Shown piece after piece: positions 19,387 through 29,317 of a DNA stretch of 64,000 nt. Made by a program: the position numbers and the translations under genes. Numbering within the stretch: position 1 is the first letter of the stretch; each line of letters begins with the position of its first letter. The DNA is from Minisyncoccota bacterium (lineage in GTDB: Bacteria; Patescibacteriota; Minisyncoccia; UBA6257; 2-01-FULL-56-20), in the NCBI GenBank assembly GCA_041664245.1, contig JBAYLC010000004.1:16932-80931 (forward strand). Reading direction: 5' to 3'. The notes beneath the pieces were generated by a model. It was given only the letters and a program-made list of their open reading frames with translations. It was not told the DNA's origin and did no database searches.

Positions 19387-19938
19387 CTAAATCTCCACCT
19401 TCCTATTTTTGAGCGCCTCGAAACTCGGTCGGAAAATTTCGTGCATTAAAATCGCGCTTAAAATTCCAAAAATTGCTCCTCCTAAAATATCCATCGGCCA
19501 ATGAACTCCGACAAATATTCTCGCCGCTCCGTTTAATAGCGCGATAAGCAACGCCCAAGATCCCAATTTTTTATCAAAAAAGAAAACCGACATCGCCAAG
19601 CAAAAAAATATCGTCGCGTGGCTTGATGGAAACGATGTTCCCAAAGTTAAAACCAGCGGGTTTAATCCTAAAAATTCATACGGCCTTGGCTGCTGGAAAA
19701 AGAAATGAAAAAACTGAGTTAAAATCCCCCGCGCCAAAACGAAGGCCAATATTATTTCAATAAAAAACAAAAACTTTGGCCGCCATTCTTTCTGCCTAAA
19801 AAAAAGCAGTAAAACAAAAAAAACAATTAGGAAAGGCAAAACCTCCGCCGCAAAAACTCCAACCGCGTCCAAAAAAGAACCCTGCCTCGCAAAACCGAAA
19901 ACAAATTGAAACAGTTTCTGATTTATTTCCTGCATCAA
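19387..19938 (-). CDS. PAP2-family phosphatase (undecaprenyl-diphosphatase-like)
   Basis: Polytopic protein with PAP2 motifs PSSHAT and GVHWPMDILGGA (SRxxxxxHxxxD-like). Confidence 0.65.
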   Translation of the reverse strand: MMQEINQKLFQFVFGFARQGSFLDAVGVFAAEVLPFLIVFFVLLLFFRQKEWRPKFLFFIEIILAFVLARGILTQFFHFFFQQPRPYEFLGLNPLVLTLGTSFPSSHATIFFCLAMSVFFFDKKLGSWALLIALLNGAARIFVGVHWPMDILGGAIFGILSAILMHEIFRPSFEALKNRKVEI

Positions 19939-19998
19939 ATTACAAAATAATCTATTTTTCTATCACTTATCACCTAAAACCTACCACCTCGCCCTTAA

Positions 19999-20202
19999 CT
20001 ATCTATTAACAAACGACAAGAGCCCGAGAAAACGCGCCCTCTTAACCGCTTGCGCTAAAATCCGTTGATGCTTGGCGCAAACACCGGTGTGTTTCGGATC
20101 AATAATTTTTGCCTGCCCTGAAACAAACCGCCTCAAAAGATCAACTTCTTTGTAGTCAATCCGTTTCAAATTTTGCGAACAAAAAAAACACTGATTCATC
20201 AT
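19999..20202 (-). CDS. rpsR: 30S ribosomal protein S18
   Basis: IDYKEVDLLRRFVSGQAKIIDPKHTGVCAKHQRILAQAVKRARFLGLL matches the S18 core (IDYKD...L..FI.E.GKI.P.R.TG..AK.QR.LA.AIKRAR.L.LLP). Confidence 0.8.
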   Translation of the reverse strand: MMNQCFFCSQNLKRIDYKEVDLLRRFVSGQAKIIDPKHTGVCAKHQRILAQAVKRARFLGLLSFVNR

Positions 20203-20208
20203 AATAAT

Positions 20209-20775
20209 TTAAATCTTTTTAACTTGTAGAGAATCTAATTCCAACGCCGTATCTCGACCGAAAATCGGCACCATCACTTTAATATGCCCTCGCTCTTCAT
20301 CAACCTCGGAAATTTTTCCGTCGTAGTCTTTAAACGGCCCATCGGTTATCTTCACTAAATCTCCCACTCGCAAATCAACATTAAACTTGCTCTCATCTTT
20401 GCCCATCCTGAAAAGCAAAGAATCAACTTCCTCTTTTGAAAGCGGCGTTGGCTTGGTGCTGTCTGGTCCCACAAACCCGGTCACCCGCGGCGTATTCCGG
20501 ACCACATACCAAGAATCCGCGCTTAAAACCATTTCGATAAGCACATATCCAGGATAAATTTTCTCTTCAATTGTTTGCCGATGCCCACCTTTAACTTTAA
20601 TCTTTTTTTCTTTCGGTACGATAATTTTAAAAATCTTGTCTTCCAAGCCCAAAACTTCCACCCGTTGCTTCAAATACCTCGCCACTGCTTCTTCGTAACC
20701 GGAATAGGTATGCACCGCATACCACTGCCTTAAGCCCGTCAGATCTTTTTGTTGAATTGCTTCTTTTGGTTCCAT
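20209..20775 (-). CDS. nusG: Transcription termination/antitermination factor NusG
   Basis: NGN domain (WYAVHTYSGYEE) and KOW motif (GDLVKITDGPFKDYDGKISEVD). Confidence 0.9.
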   Translation of the reverse strand: MEPKEAIQQKDLTGLRQWYAVHTYSGYEEAVARYLKQRVEVLGLEDKIFKIIVPKEKKIKVKGGHRQTIEEKIYPGYVLIEMVLSADSWYVVRNTPRVTGFVGPDSTKPTPLSKEEVDSLLFRMGKDESKFNVDLRVGDLVKITDGPFKDYDGKISEVDEERGHIKVMVPIFGRDTALELDSLQVKKI

Positions 20776-20784
20776 AAAAATAAT

Positions 20785-20973
20785 CTAGGCCGCCACAAAT
20801 GATTTGATTATGTAAGAAAAAAGAGTGTCGAAAACACCCAAAAATATCGCCATTCCAATGGAGATTCCGATTACAACAAAAGTCAGGCGAATCGCTTCTG
20901 CCCTGGTTGGCCAATTGACGCTTTTAAACTCTTGTCTGGCGTCTTCAAAAAACTGCTTTATTTTTTTGAACAT
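20785..20973 (-). CDS. secE: Preprotein translocase subunit SecE
   Basis: 62 aa with a single TM (LTFVVIGISIGMAIFLGVFD), directly upstream of nusG as in the conserved secE-nusG arrangement. Confidence 0.7.
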   Translation of the reverse strand: MFKKIKQFFEDARQEFKSVNWPTRAEAIRLTFVVIGISIGMAIFLGVFDTLFSYIIKSFVAA

Positions 20974-21026
20974 AAATATGCCTAAAAAAAGATAACTAAT
21001 GTCCGATTAGGCTACCAAAAATCCGC

Positions 21027-23093
21027 CTAAACGTCAAGATTTTTAACCGCTAAAGCGTGCAATTCAATGAATTTCCGCCTTGGCGCCACCTCGTCGCCCA
21101 TCAGCACATCAAACAGCCTGTCCGCCTCTTCAGCATCGTCTATCGTCACATTTAAGAGGACTCTGTTCTCTGGATTCATCGTCGTCTCCCAAAGCTGTTC
21201 CGGGTTCATTTCTCCTAAACCTTTATAACGCTGGATGTTAACTCCCTTAACTTGTTCCTTGCCCGGCTCACCTTCTTCAATCACCAACTCGCTATCTTCG
21301 GTTTTTATTTTTTTATCTTCCGCCTTGTCTTTTGCTTTCTGGGCTTTTATTTTTTGTAACTCCCCCACTAACTTATCTTTCTCATTATCCGAATAAGCAT
21401 ATTGAACTTCCTTGCCGCTCTGAATTCGATACAGTGGCGGCTGGGCAATATACAAGTAACCCGATTCAATAATCCCTTTGAAGTAACGGTAAAAAAGCGT
21501 AAGAAGAAGTGTGCGAATATGAGCGCCGTCAACATCAGCATCAGTCATGATAACAATCTTATGATATCTAATTTTAGTAATATCAAATTCCTCCGCAATC
21601 GCCGTTCCCATAGCCATCACTAAAGAACGGATTTCCTGGTTCATGAGCATCTTATCCAAACGCGATTTCTCCACGTTTAAAATTTTCCCTTTAAGCGGCA
21701 AAATCGCCTGCGTTCTTCTCTCCCGGCCAGACTTTGCGCTGCCGCCGGCGCTATCCCCCTCAACGAGAAATAATTCCGACTCCTCTGGGCTTTTAGAGCT
21801 GCAATCTGAGAGTTTCCCCGGCAAAGTCATTCCCTCAAGCACCCCTTTTCGAAGCACTGTGTCCCGCGCCGCTTTTGCCGCCTTTCTCGCTTTCGCCGCC
21901 AATAAAACTTTTTCGATAATTCGCCTTGCCTCCGGCGGCCGTTTTTCTAAAAACTCCTTGAGCGCTTCACCCACCACCGCTTCTACCGCTGTCCGCGCTT
22001 CGGTGTTCCCCAGTCGCGCCTTCGTCTGTCCTTCAAATTGCGGCTCGCGGATTTTTACCGAAACAATCGCCACCAAACCCTCTCGCACATCATCGCTTGT
22101 TAAATTTTCATCTTTTTCTTTCAGGTACCCCTCACCTCGAGCGTAGTTATTCAAACTCCGAGTCAGCGCCGATCGAAACCCGGTCAAATGCATTCCTCCG
22201 TCCGGCGTAAAAATATTATTGGCGAAACTTAATTCTTTTACTTCCAAATCATCAATGTAAGTAAACGCCGCTTCCACGTTCACCCCTTCGGAATCCTTGA
22301 CCACATAAAATATTTCCTCTTGAAGCATTTTTTCCTTTCGGCATAAATGCTTTGTAAAAGATAAAAGTCCTCCTTCAAAATAAAACCCGTGGAATTGAGG
22401 GGTCTCTGATCGCCAATCAACAAAAATAATTCTGACGCCTTTCGTTAGATATGCCTGCTGGCGCAAATGCTCGGCGATTTTTTTATCGTTAAAATCGAGT
22501 GTCGAAAAAATTTGAGTGTCCGGCGAAAAAGTAATTTTTGTTCCGTCGTGATTAGAGATTCCAATTTTTTTAACTTTCGCCTCCGGCACCCCGCGTTTAT
22601 AACGCTGGAAAAAACGTCCGCCTTCGCGAGAAACTTCTGCCTCCAACCATTCCGAAAGAGCGTTCACCACCGACACACCCACCCCGTGAAGTCCGCCGGA
22701 AACTTTATACGACTCCCCTCCGAATTTTCCGCCAGCGTGAAGGGTCGTCATCACCGTTTCGAGCGCCGATTTTTTTGTCTGCTTGTGAGTTTCAACCGGA
22801 ATTCCTCTTCCATCGTCAGTCACACTTACCTTACTACCCTTAAAAATCTCCACCGTTATATTTTTGGCAAATCCAGCCATCGCTTCGTCAATGGAATTAT
22901 CTACCACTTCCCAAATCAAGTGGTGAAGCCCAATTTCGCCGGTTGAACCGATGTACATTCCCGGCCGTTTCCGGACCGGTTCTAACCCCTCTAAAACATA
23001 AATATCATCCGCGCTGTAAGAACCCGGTTTATTAACTTTTATATTCTTTTTCGCTTCCAAATTTTCCTTCGGTTTTCCTGCGTTTTTAGGCAT
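21027..23093 (-). CDS. gyrB: DNA gyrase subunit B
   Basis: GHKL ATPase motifs (HHLIWEVVDNSIDEA, LHAGGKFGG), Toprim (EGDSAGGSAK, PLKGKILNVEK), C-terminal tail. gyrA is in the same window. Confidence 0.9.
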   Translation of the reverse strand: MPKNAGKPKENLEAKKNIKVNKPGSYSADDIYVLEGLEPVRKRPGMYIGSTGEIGLHHLIWEVVDNSIDEAMAGFAKNITVEIFKGSKVSVTDDGRGIPVETHKQTKKSALETVMTTLHAGGKFGGESYKVSGGLHGVGVSVVNALSEWLEAEVSREGGRFFQRYKRGVPEAKVKKIGISNHDGTKITFSPDTQIFSTLDFNDKKIAEHLRQQAYLTKGVRIIFVDWRSETPQFHGFYFEGGLLSFTKHLCRKEKMLQEEIFYVVKDSEGVNVEAAFTYIDDLEVKELSFANNIFTPDGGMHLTGFRSALTRSLNNYARGEGYLKEKDENLTSDDVREGLVAIVSVKIREPQFEGQTKARLGNTEARTAVEAVVGEALKEFLEKRPPEARRIIEKVLLAAKARKAAKAARDTVLRKGVLEGMTLPGKLSDCSSKSPEESELFLVEGDSAGGSAKSGRERRTQAILPLKGKILNVEKSRLDKMLMNQEIRSLVMAMGTAIAEEFDITKIRYHKIVIMTDADVDGAHIRTLLLTLFYRYFKGIIESGYLYIAQPPLYRIQSGKEVQYAYSDNEKDKLVGELQKIKAQKAKDKAEDKKIKTEDSELVIEEGEPGKEQVKGVNIQRYKGLGEMNPEQLWETTMNPENRVLLNVTIDDAEEADRLFDVLMGDEVAPRRKFIELHALAVKNLDV

Positions 23094-23178
23094 TTAAGAC
23101 ATAAAAAACAAGCCAAAATAGCCTATTCCTTGCTTAAATTTTACCATAAAAAACCGTTAAAATCCACCCGGGCAATGC

Positions 23179-25491
23179 CTATTTAACTAAATTCAATTCT
23201 CTCAAAATCGGATATATACTCTCGTACCCAATTACTTTTGTAATATCAACTTTCCTCATTACTTCGATAATCTGTTCCCTTGCTAGGTCATTCTGCTTAT
23301 CAAAAAAATAAGCGATTCCCAATTTTATCCCTACTTCCGGATTTCCTGGCTCCATTTCTAAAGATTTTTTGTATAGCTCTATGGCTTCTTTCAAGTGCCC
23401 AGAATCGGCAAAAAAATTCGCCACCACCAATGGTTCATGATAATTTTTCCACTTTCTCCCAAGCTCAATTGCCCTCTTTAATTCTTTATAACTCAACTCT
23501 TGATCTCCAATGACATGCGCAAATAAACCGTAATAAAAATGTCCGTCGGCAACATTTGGGTTTAAATCCAAAGCTTTCTTAATTAACTCAATGGCCCCCT
23601 TTGTGTCACCTCTTAAAGATTTCGTCTTGGCTAATGAAAACATAACTTGTTGGCGATTCGGACTCAATTCTAAGGCGATTTTTCCCTCTTTTTCAGCTTT
23701 ATCTAAAAATTCATTCTTATTAACCTCCGAAACCTCGTTATACATATCCAATAGCGCGTAATGATTATAGGCGTCCTTTGGATGCTCCGCTGTCGCTTCC
23801 TCCATCGCTACAATTGCCATTTTTACCTCGTCAGCTGAAATTGCCTCTGGTTTGTAAAAATAATTCTCCGCCACTGCCGCCGCGTAATCTCTCTGAACAT
23901 TCCACCGGTACGGACTCCAAATATCTATCGCTTTTTTAAAACTTTCCAAAGCGCCCCCAGGATTATTTTGAATGAAATCATTCATCCCTTGATACTGAAG
24001 TTTATTAGCGATTAGACTATTTACATTCAAAACATAAACCCAAACAACTCCCCCTAAAAGAACAATTCCAATCATCACATTCTTCGCAAATATATCTGGT
24101 TCGTCTCTGCCCTTTTTAAAATCAAAACCAGGCCTCTGTTCCTTTTTTTCTTCTACCTCCTTGCTCATTCGATAAAACCCGTCGATAAATCCAGTCGTAA
24201 CAAAAAACATAATTAACGGTCCAATCGTTTCAAATAAAAACAAATTTCTTATAAAATACCCAAAAACTAGAACTATAACTACTTGGCCAAGTAATTTATC
24301 TTTAATTTTTAAAGCGGAATAAATTAGAGCTCCTAAAACAAAAACATAAGAAAGCAATAAAAGCACCCCGCCAACAACCAGATATTCTAAAACAAGATTG
24401 TGAGGTTTATCAAAACGAGTTTCCTGGTAGTTGATCGACAATAAGCTTGGGTCGTAATATTTATTCGAAACAATATTGAAATTCTCAAAACCCCATCCCA
24501 ATATTGGCTTTTCTAAGAAACCTTTCCACGCCGACTCAATTGCCACTATTCTAGGCTTTAATCCTTGGTCAGAAAACGACAAATCCTTAAAACGATTCAA
24601 TCCCGGAATTGATTCCCATATACTATTCCCCTTAGTAAACCAAAACGCTCCTCCTAAAATAATAACCAATATGAAAACAGAGGCGTAAAACTTTCGGCTT
24701 CGAAAAACTCTAGTTTTAATCTCCGGTGGTCGAAAAGCGAAAAGCCCAAAAAGTGCAACTAGCGCTACTCCAAACCCAATTATATCTCCCCTAGTTTGAG
24801 TCTGAAAGAAAGACAAAACCGTAAGCAAAATCACTACTCCAAGAAAAATAACCTCCCCCCAATTTTTATTGTCGTTATTAAACCTCTCTTTTCCCGCCCA
24901 AAATTGTTTCAATAAAAAATACAAAGCGAAAAATATATTAAAAAGCAGATAACCAGCCAAGAAGCTCGGATTGCCAAAAGTGCTGCCTGGTCTTCCCGAT
25001 GCTAAATCTCCAGCAAGTAAAAAATTCGGATTACTCAATTGAATTAATCCAATAACACTCACGATCGAAGCGGAAATTAATGAAAAATAAGCAACTTTTT
25101 TAAAACTAATTTCCTTTCCTAGCGAACTAATTACCAATCCCAGCAAAATAAAATGTAGATACGTATAAACTCCCAAGGCCCTCTCTTGAGTTCCCCAAAA
25201 GCTACGAAGCGGGTCCTCGCCAAAAATCGAATTGATTATTAAGACCAACCCTAAAGTCAGAAAAGCCCAAAATATCGGCGTTAATTTCGGCCGGTATTTT
25301 TTGTCTATTATCACTAGGGAAATCCATAAAATTATTATCAACTCGCATAAAATCTGAAAAAACAAAGTTTTCGAAAAAGTATAGGGATAAACTGCCTGCT
25401 TGAGATAAAAAAGAGGCACTACTAGAACAATCGAGTAAATCAAATATCTTATAGCTTTCAGTAAATATTGCGAAATTTTTTTGTGTTCCAT
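23179..25491 (-). CDS. O-antigen ligase (Wzy_C)-like polytopic membrane protein with C-terminal TPR repeats
   Basis: About 12 TM helices N-terminally, then TPR-like repeats (AIELIKKALDLNPNVADGHFYYGL, AIELYKKSLEMEPGNPEVGIKLGIAYF). Start reassigned to the Met at 25491; the first 26 codons of the track ORF are encoded by the upstream terminator palindrome. Confidence 0.6.
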   Translation of the reverse strand: MEHKKISQYLLKAIRYLIYSIVLVVPLFYLKQAVYPYTFSKTLFFQILCELIIILWISLVIIDKKYRPKLTPIFWAFLTLGLVLIINSIFGEDPLRSFWGTQERALGVYTYLHFILLGLVISSLGKEISFKKVAYFSLISASIVSVIGLIQLSNPNFLLAGDLASGRPGSTFGNPSFLAGYLLFNIFFALYFLLKQFWAGKERFNNDNKNWGEVIFLGVVILLTVLSFFQTQTRGDIIGFGVALVALFGLFAFRPPEIKTRVFRSRKFYASVFILVIILGGAFWFTKGNSIWESIPGLNRFKDLSFSDQGLKPRIVAIESAWKGFLEKPILGWGFENFNIVSNKYYDPSLLSINYQETRFDKPHNLVLEYLVVGGVLLLLSYVFVLGALIYSALKIKDKLLGQVVIVLVFGYFIRNLFLFETIGPLIMFFVTTGFIDGFYRMSKEVEEKKEQRPGFDFKKGRDEPDIFAKNVMIGIVLLGGVVWVYVLNVNSLIANKLQYQGMNDFIQNNPGGALESFKKAIDIWSPYRWNVQRDYAAAVAENYFYKPEAISADEVKMAIVAMEEATAEHPKDAYNHYALLDMYNEVSEVNKNEFLDKAEKEGKIALELSPNRQQVMFSLAKTKSLRGDTKGAIELIKKALDLNPNVADGHFYYGLFAHVIGDQELSYKELKRAIELGRKWKNYHEPLVVANFFADSGHLKEAIELYKKSLEMEPGNPEVGIKLGIAYFFDKQNDLAREQIIEVMRKVDITKVIGYESIYPILRELNLVK

Positions 25492-25525
25492 AACCCTAAG
25501 TATAAATAAAAATAACCTAACTAAA

Positions 25526-25554
25526 AAGCACGTCCGCCTAAGGCGGACGTGCTT
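25526..25554 (-). terminator. Intrinsic terminator of the surface-protein gene (13-14 bp perfect stem)
   Basis: aAGCACGTCCGCC-taa-GGCGGACGTGCTt followed on the minus strand by TTTTTAGTT. Lies 35 nt after the stop of the 25589..28942 gene. Confidence 0.7.
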
Positions 25555-25588
25555 TCGAATTGCAATCAATACAGAATTTCTATCGAAA

Positions 25589-28500
25589 CTAAGAACCAGC
25601 TGCGTAAGAACCAGAGAACAACTGAATCGGAATACCCACGCCAGCGATTCTTACATTAACCGTACCGCCAGATTCCGCCGTAGTGTAAGTAGCATCAGTC
25701 ACCGCATTAAGGATTGCTGAAAGTCCTTGAGCCACACCGCTTACAGCAACGGCTGTATTGCTCAAAGTATTAGCCCTAAGCGTAAATGTCTTTGTAGTAC
25801 CAGCGCTGACAATATAGTTATTGAAGTCAAACGAAACTGAAGTTGTGGTAGTTGCAGACTGAGTCACATTAGTGCCGGCAGTCGGATTAAACAACGTAAA
25901 TGTGGCAGGTAACGAAAGGCTATTAGCCGAACCGCCAATAGTAACCACAAATGACTGAAGTTTAACCGATCCAAGTGGGTCCGCCGTGAAGCTAATAGTG
26001 GCCAACTCATCAGTTGTAGCCTTAGCTCTACCAGACGTAACTCCAATCGGAGTCGCCGATACTGTAAGTTTACCTCTCACAATCGTCTGAGCATTACCAG
26101 TCGCAGCAGTGAGAGTAACCGTCGAACTGTTATTCGAGGTACTACCACGAGCCACCACTACTTCTGCCGCTGTATCAAGAAGCGGGTCAGTAGAAGTTGA
26201 CGCAGCAAGCTTAAACACATGAGTAGTGTTGTCAGACGCACCGCTCGAGCTATAGTCAGACACATCGCCCTTCAGAACCAAGGTAATTGATCCAGATTTC
26301 GGAACTACGATCGGATTCTGGAAACTAAACAGGCGGTAATAACCCACACCAGCCACATCTGAGCCCTCGGTATTGTTGCTTGTTGTCGGTTCGCCACCCG
26401 TAGCCAACAATGTATTCAAATCCCTTGAATCGTACAACTTCAAACTAGCAAAGGAAGCCTTAACCGAAGGAGAAGCAACCGTCTGGAAAAGATAAAGTTG
26501 AGAAACCTTTATATCTTCAATATTGGTTGTTTCGGAGAAACGGTAAGCGGCCAAGGTATTTCCAGTTGAACCCATCACAATCTGGTTAGCTGACGGAGCA
26601 GTGGAGTCCAATGTAACAGTCAATGTTGACTGTCCAGCCACAACCACACTTTGTCCGGTTCTTGCTGTGCAAGAAACCGCAGCATAGGTCGTCGCGCCAG
26701 ATCCCGTGCAACTCGCAAGTGTTGTAGCCGCCGTATGTGTACCAGCCACCGCAGATGAAAGTATATCAACATAAACATCCACTATCTTTGTTTGTCCAGC
26801 TGGAATATTTAGTTGACCGGTAAAATTATAGGTAGCAGCCGATAAAGTCGGTTGAACTGTCCCAAATTGAGTATTACCAACCATCAGCTTAAGGTTTTGG
26901 CTGCTAGTCGTAAGGCCACCCAATGTAACCCCAATACTCATGAGGTTCACCCCTTCCGCCGTTGAAGCCGCTATTGAGTAAGAACCAATTTTAGCGTTAG
27001 TTGTGCCAGCTGAATACGTTTGAGTTCCTACTGCGCTATTTCTAGCTGTAGTAGCTGAGCTAGTAACTCTAGTTAACACGCTGCCAGTTGCCGCGCCGCT
27101 TGATGCCGTCGCGCTTGATGTCTGGCCACGCAAGTTGCTTGACCCAGTCAACACCTTTGCCACAATCGTCGTGAAATCAGCTGTGGTTTGGATATCTCCT
27201 CGTAAGGTAAGCACCCGAGTTGTATTCGCCGGAACAATGTAGCTAATCGGAGAAGAACTCTTACCAAAACAATTTGTAGCCGTTGAAGATGCATAAGTTG
27301 CAGCACTATCAGTACAATCCACTGCTAACACTGTCGCCAAATTGGAAATTGTGCTCCCAACTTGAAAACCAGCATCATCAACTAAACTAACGTTCTTGAT
27401 TTGGCTATTTACTCCGAGAGTCGCTCCCGTGAAAGTCAAAGAAAATCCGAGCCACTGAACCTTAACTGGTTCGCCAGCCGCATAAATCTTGTATTTCAAG
27501 AGAGGTGTTGCCGATCCGCCGGCAACAATATTCCCAGTCGGTGTATCAGAAGCCAAAGTGGTTGTAAGTTGTCCAGGTTGAATAGTCACCTGCATTGAAC
27601 TTGCCGAACCGCCGTTGATAGTCACCGAAACCGGTACTCCATACTGGCTATCAACTCCCCAAACATCATACGAGTTCAAGAGGTTGAAAGTGAAATTGTA
27701 GTTTGGACTACCCGCAATGTCGGCGTAGACTTGCAAATTGCTGTTTCCGGTAGAAATAACCGCCGGAGCAGAACTGAAATCAAAAAACGCCACTCCATCA
27801 GCCGGAACCATCGCTAAGGTTTGGCCAACTTGAGTACCGTTCACAAAAAGCTTCACATTCTTAATGTCGCTCTTTGTCGCCGAACCAGTCACTTTAAAAG
27901 TAATTCCTTTAAGGTTAACTGGACTGTTCGTAGCTGTAATCGTCCACTGCGAAATCATTTGATTCTGATCGCCAGCATAAACTGATGTCTGCGGTGTACC
28001 CGAAGACACAGTTAAACTCGCAATTGACGGATTTGAGACCGTAGTCGCTGTGAAAACATTTCCACTCAAGGGAAAAGCCCCCACTGGAGTAACAGCCACG
28101 TTATTGCTGTCAACTGCCGTTATATCGGTAACCGCCATCAAACCAAAAGAGATAGTGTTTCCATCCGTAACTGTTCCTGGGTCAATAGCTAATTCAACAT
28201 TCCTGGTCTGACCGGCATTAATGCCTAATCCCAAACCATTGAATGTAATCACGCCACCAGAAAGCGAACTATACTGGGCGATTACCTTACCGTTTTCGAT
28301 TAGGTATGCCGCAGAAATACCACTATCCGAAACTATACCCAACTTCTTGAATTTCAAGTCGTTGACTGTAATTCCGCCAGCATTGCCAGCTGTAAGAGCA
28401 ACTCCTAAAACAGGCAATCGCGCCGAGGAAGCAATGAAAGAACTAACTGCAGGATTCTTCGAAGAGAGTCCTACTGAAAGACCAGAAACCGGAACCGGAT

Positions 28501-28942
28501 TTGGATTCGGGTTAGGATTTGGATTCGGATTTACTCCCATCGCGTTAACAAAAGCGCGAGTCTTTGGACCAAAATAACCAGCCGCCGGAGCGATTCCGTT
28601 GGCTGCTTGGAATTTACCCAAAGCCGCTTTTGTCATTGAACCGAAATAAGCAGTCGGAGCAGTAATATTCAAATACCCTCCTGTGATTAAGAACTGCTGA
28701 AGTGAAGTTACGTCGGCACCTCTGCTTCCAAGGGTGAGGTCCTTAGTGAAGCTGTAGGAACCAGTAACTGGAGTGCCTCCTTGAGCAGTCGCCAACTGAG
28801 CATTAAGCGCTTGAATTTGCGCCATAAGCGAATTAATCATCGCTTGAAGCTCAGCTGTTGTCTGTCCATGAGCCACTGGTGTGACGCCTGCGATAACCAT
28901 CGCAAAAAGCGCCAATGAAACTAATTTTTTTCCTATATTCAT
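25589..28942 (-). CDS. Large secreted cell-surface protein: signal peptide, peptidoglycan-binding domain, (PN)n linker, long beta-rich Ig-like repeat region
   Basis: Signal peptide MNIGKKLVSLALFAMVIAGVTPVAHG. PG_binding_1-like segment (GSRGADVTSLQQFLITGGYL...GSMTKAALGKFQAANGIAPAAGYFGPKTRAFV). NPNPNPNPNPNPVPVSG linker. Roughly 900 aa that is S/T/A/G/V-rich with no Cys. Confidence 0.6.
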   Translation of the reverse strand: MNIGKKLVSLALFAMVIAGVTPVAHGQTTAELQAMINSLMAQIQALNAQLATAQGGTPVTGSYSFTKDLTLGSRGADVTSLQQFLITGGYLNITAPTAYFGSMTKAALGKFQAANGIAPAAGYFGPKTRAFVNAMGVNPNPNPNPNPNPVPVSGLSVGLSSKNPAVSSFIASSARLPVLGVALTAGNAGGITVNDLKFKKLGIVSDSGISAAYLIENGKVIAQYSSLSGGVITFNGLGLGINAGQTRNVELAIDPGTVTDGNTISFGLMAVTDITAVDSNNVAVTPVGAFPLSGNVFTATTVSNPSIASLTVSSGTPQTSVYAGDQNQMISQWTITATNSPVNLKGITFKVTGSATKSDIKNVKLFVNGTQVGQTLAMVPADGVAFFDFSSAPAVISTGNSNLQVYADIAGSPNYNFTFNLLNSYDVWGVDSQYGVPVSVTINGGSASSMQVTIQPGQLTTTLASDTPTGNIVAGGSATPLLKYKIYAAGEPVKVQWLGFSLTFTGATLGVNSQIKNVSLVDDAGFQVGSTISNLATVLAVDCTDSAATYASSTATNCFGKSSSPISYIVPANTTRVLTLRGDIQTTADFTTIVAKVLTGSSNLRGQTSSATASSGAATGSVLTRVTSSATTARNSAVGTQTYSAGTTNAKIGSYSIAASTAEGVNLMSIGVTLGGLTTSSQNLKLMVGNTQFGTVQPTLSAATYNFTGQLNIPAGQTKIVDVYVDILSSAVAGTHTAATTLASCTGSGATTYAAVSCTARTGQSVVVAGQSTLTVTLDSTAPSANQIVMGSTGNTLAAYRFSETTNIEDIKVSQLYLFQTVASPSVKASFASLKLYDSRDLNTLLATGGEPTTSNNTEGSDVAGVGYYRLFSFQNPIVVPKSGSITLVLKGDVSDYSSSGASDNTTHVFKLAASTSTDPLLDTAAEVVVARGSTSNNSSTVTLTAATGNAQTIVRGKLTVSATPIGVTSGRAKATTDELATISFTADPLGSVKLQSFVVTIGGSANSLSLPATFTLFNPTAGTNVTQSATTTTSVSFDFNNYIVSAGTTKTFTLRANTLSNTAVAVSGVAQGLSAILNAVTDATYTTAESGGTVNVRIAGVGIPIQLFSGSYAAGS

Positions 28943-29317
28943 TTTTGTTTTTATATTTAGACTAATTTTTGTTTTTTACATCGACCTTATTTAATAAGGC
29001 CTCGACCTTTACTAAAATACTTACTTTTCTGTAAAGTCGTCACTTTTACCCCCGACAACCGCCAATCTAAGTGAGGATTAGTGGCAGTTAGATGCAAAAG
29101 TACAACCCTTAATATCAATAAAAAATCACTCGAATCGAGTGAGGTCAAAAAAACTTTATCCACAAAATCAGAGATACGACTCCGAAAACCAACCAAAACA
29201 GAAGAAACAAGGTTTAGCCTCACTTCCAAACCTTGCGCCAACTATAACAGATCAAATCAATAAACACAAAGACCGAACCCGGCCTTCCCTAGTAAAACGA
29301 GGTATCGAGTCAAAAGG

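Noticed and set aside
19200-19449. ORFs 19200..19412 and 19237..19449 (+)
   Set aside because: They overlap tRNA-Leu(CAA) and its downstream spacer. There is no RBS and the sequence is not coding-like.
21402-22946. Three plus-strand ORFs inside gyrB (73, 167 and 159 aa)
   Set aside because: They are antisense to a strongly supported gyrB CDS and show typical shadow-ORF composition.
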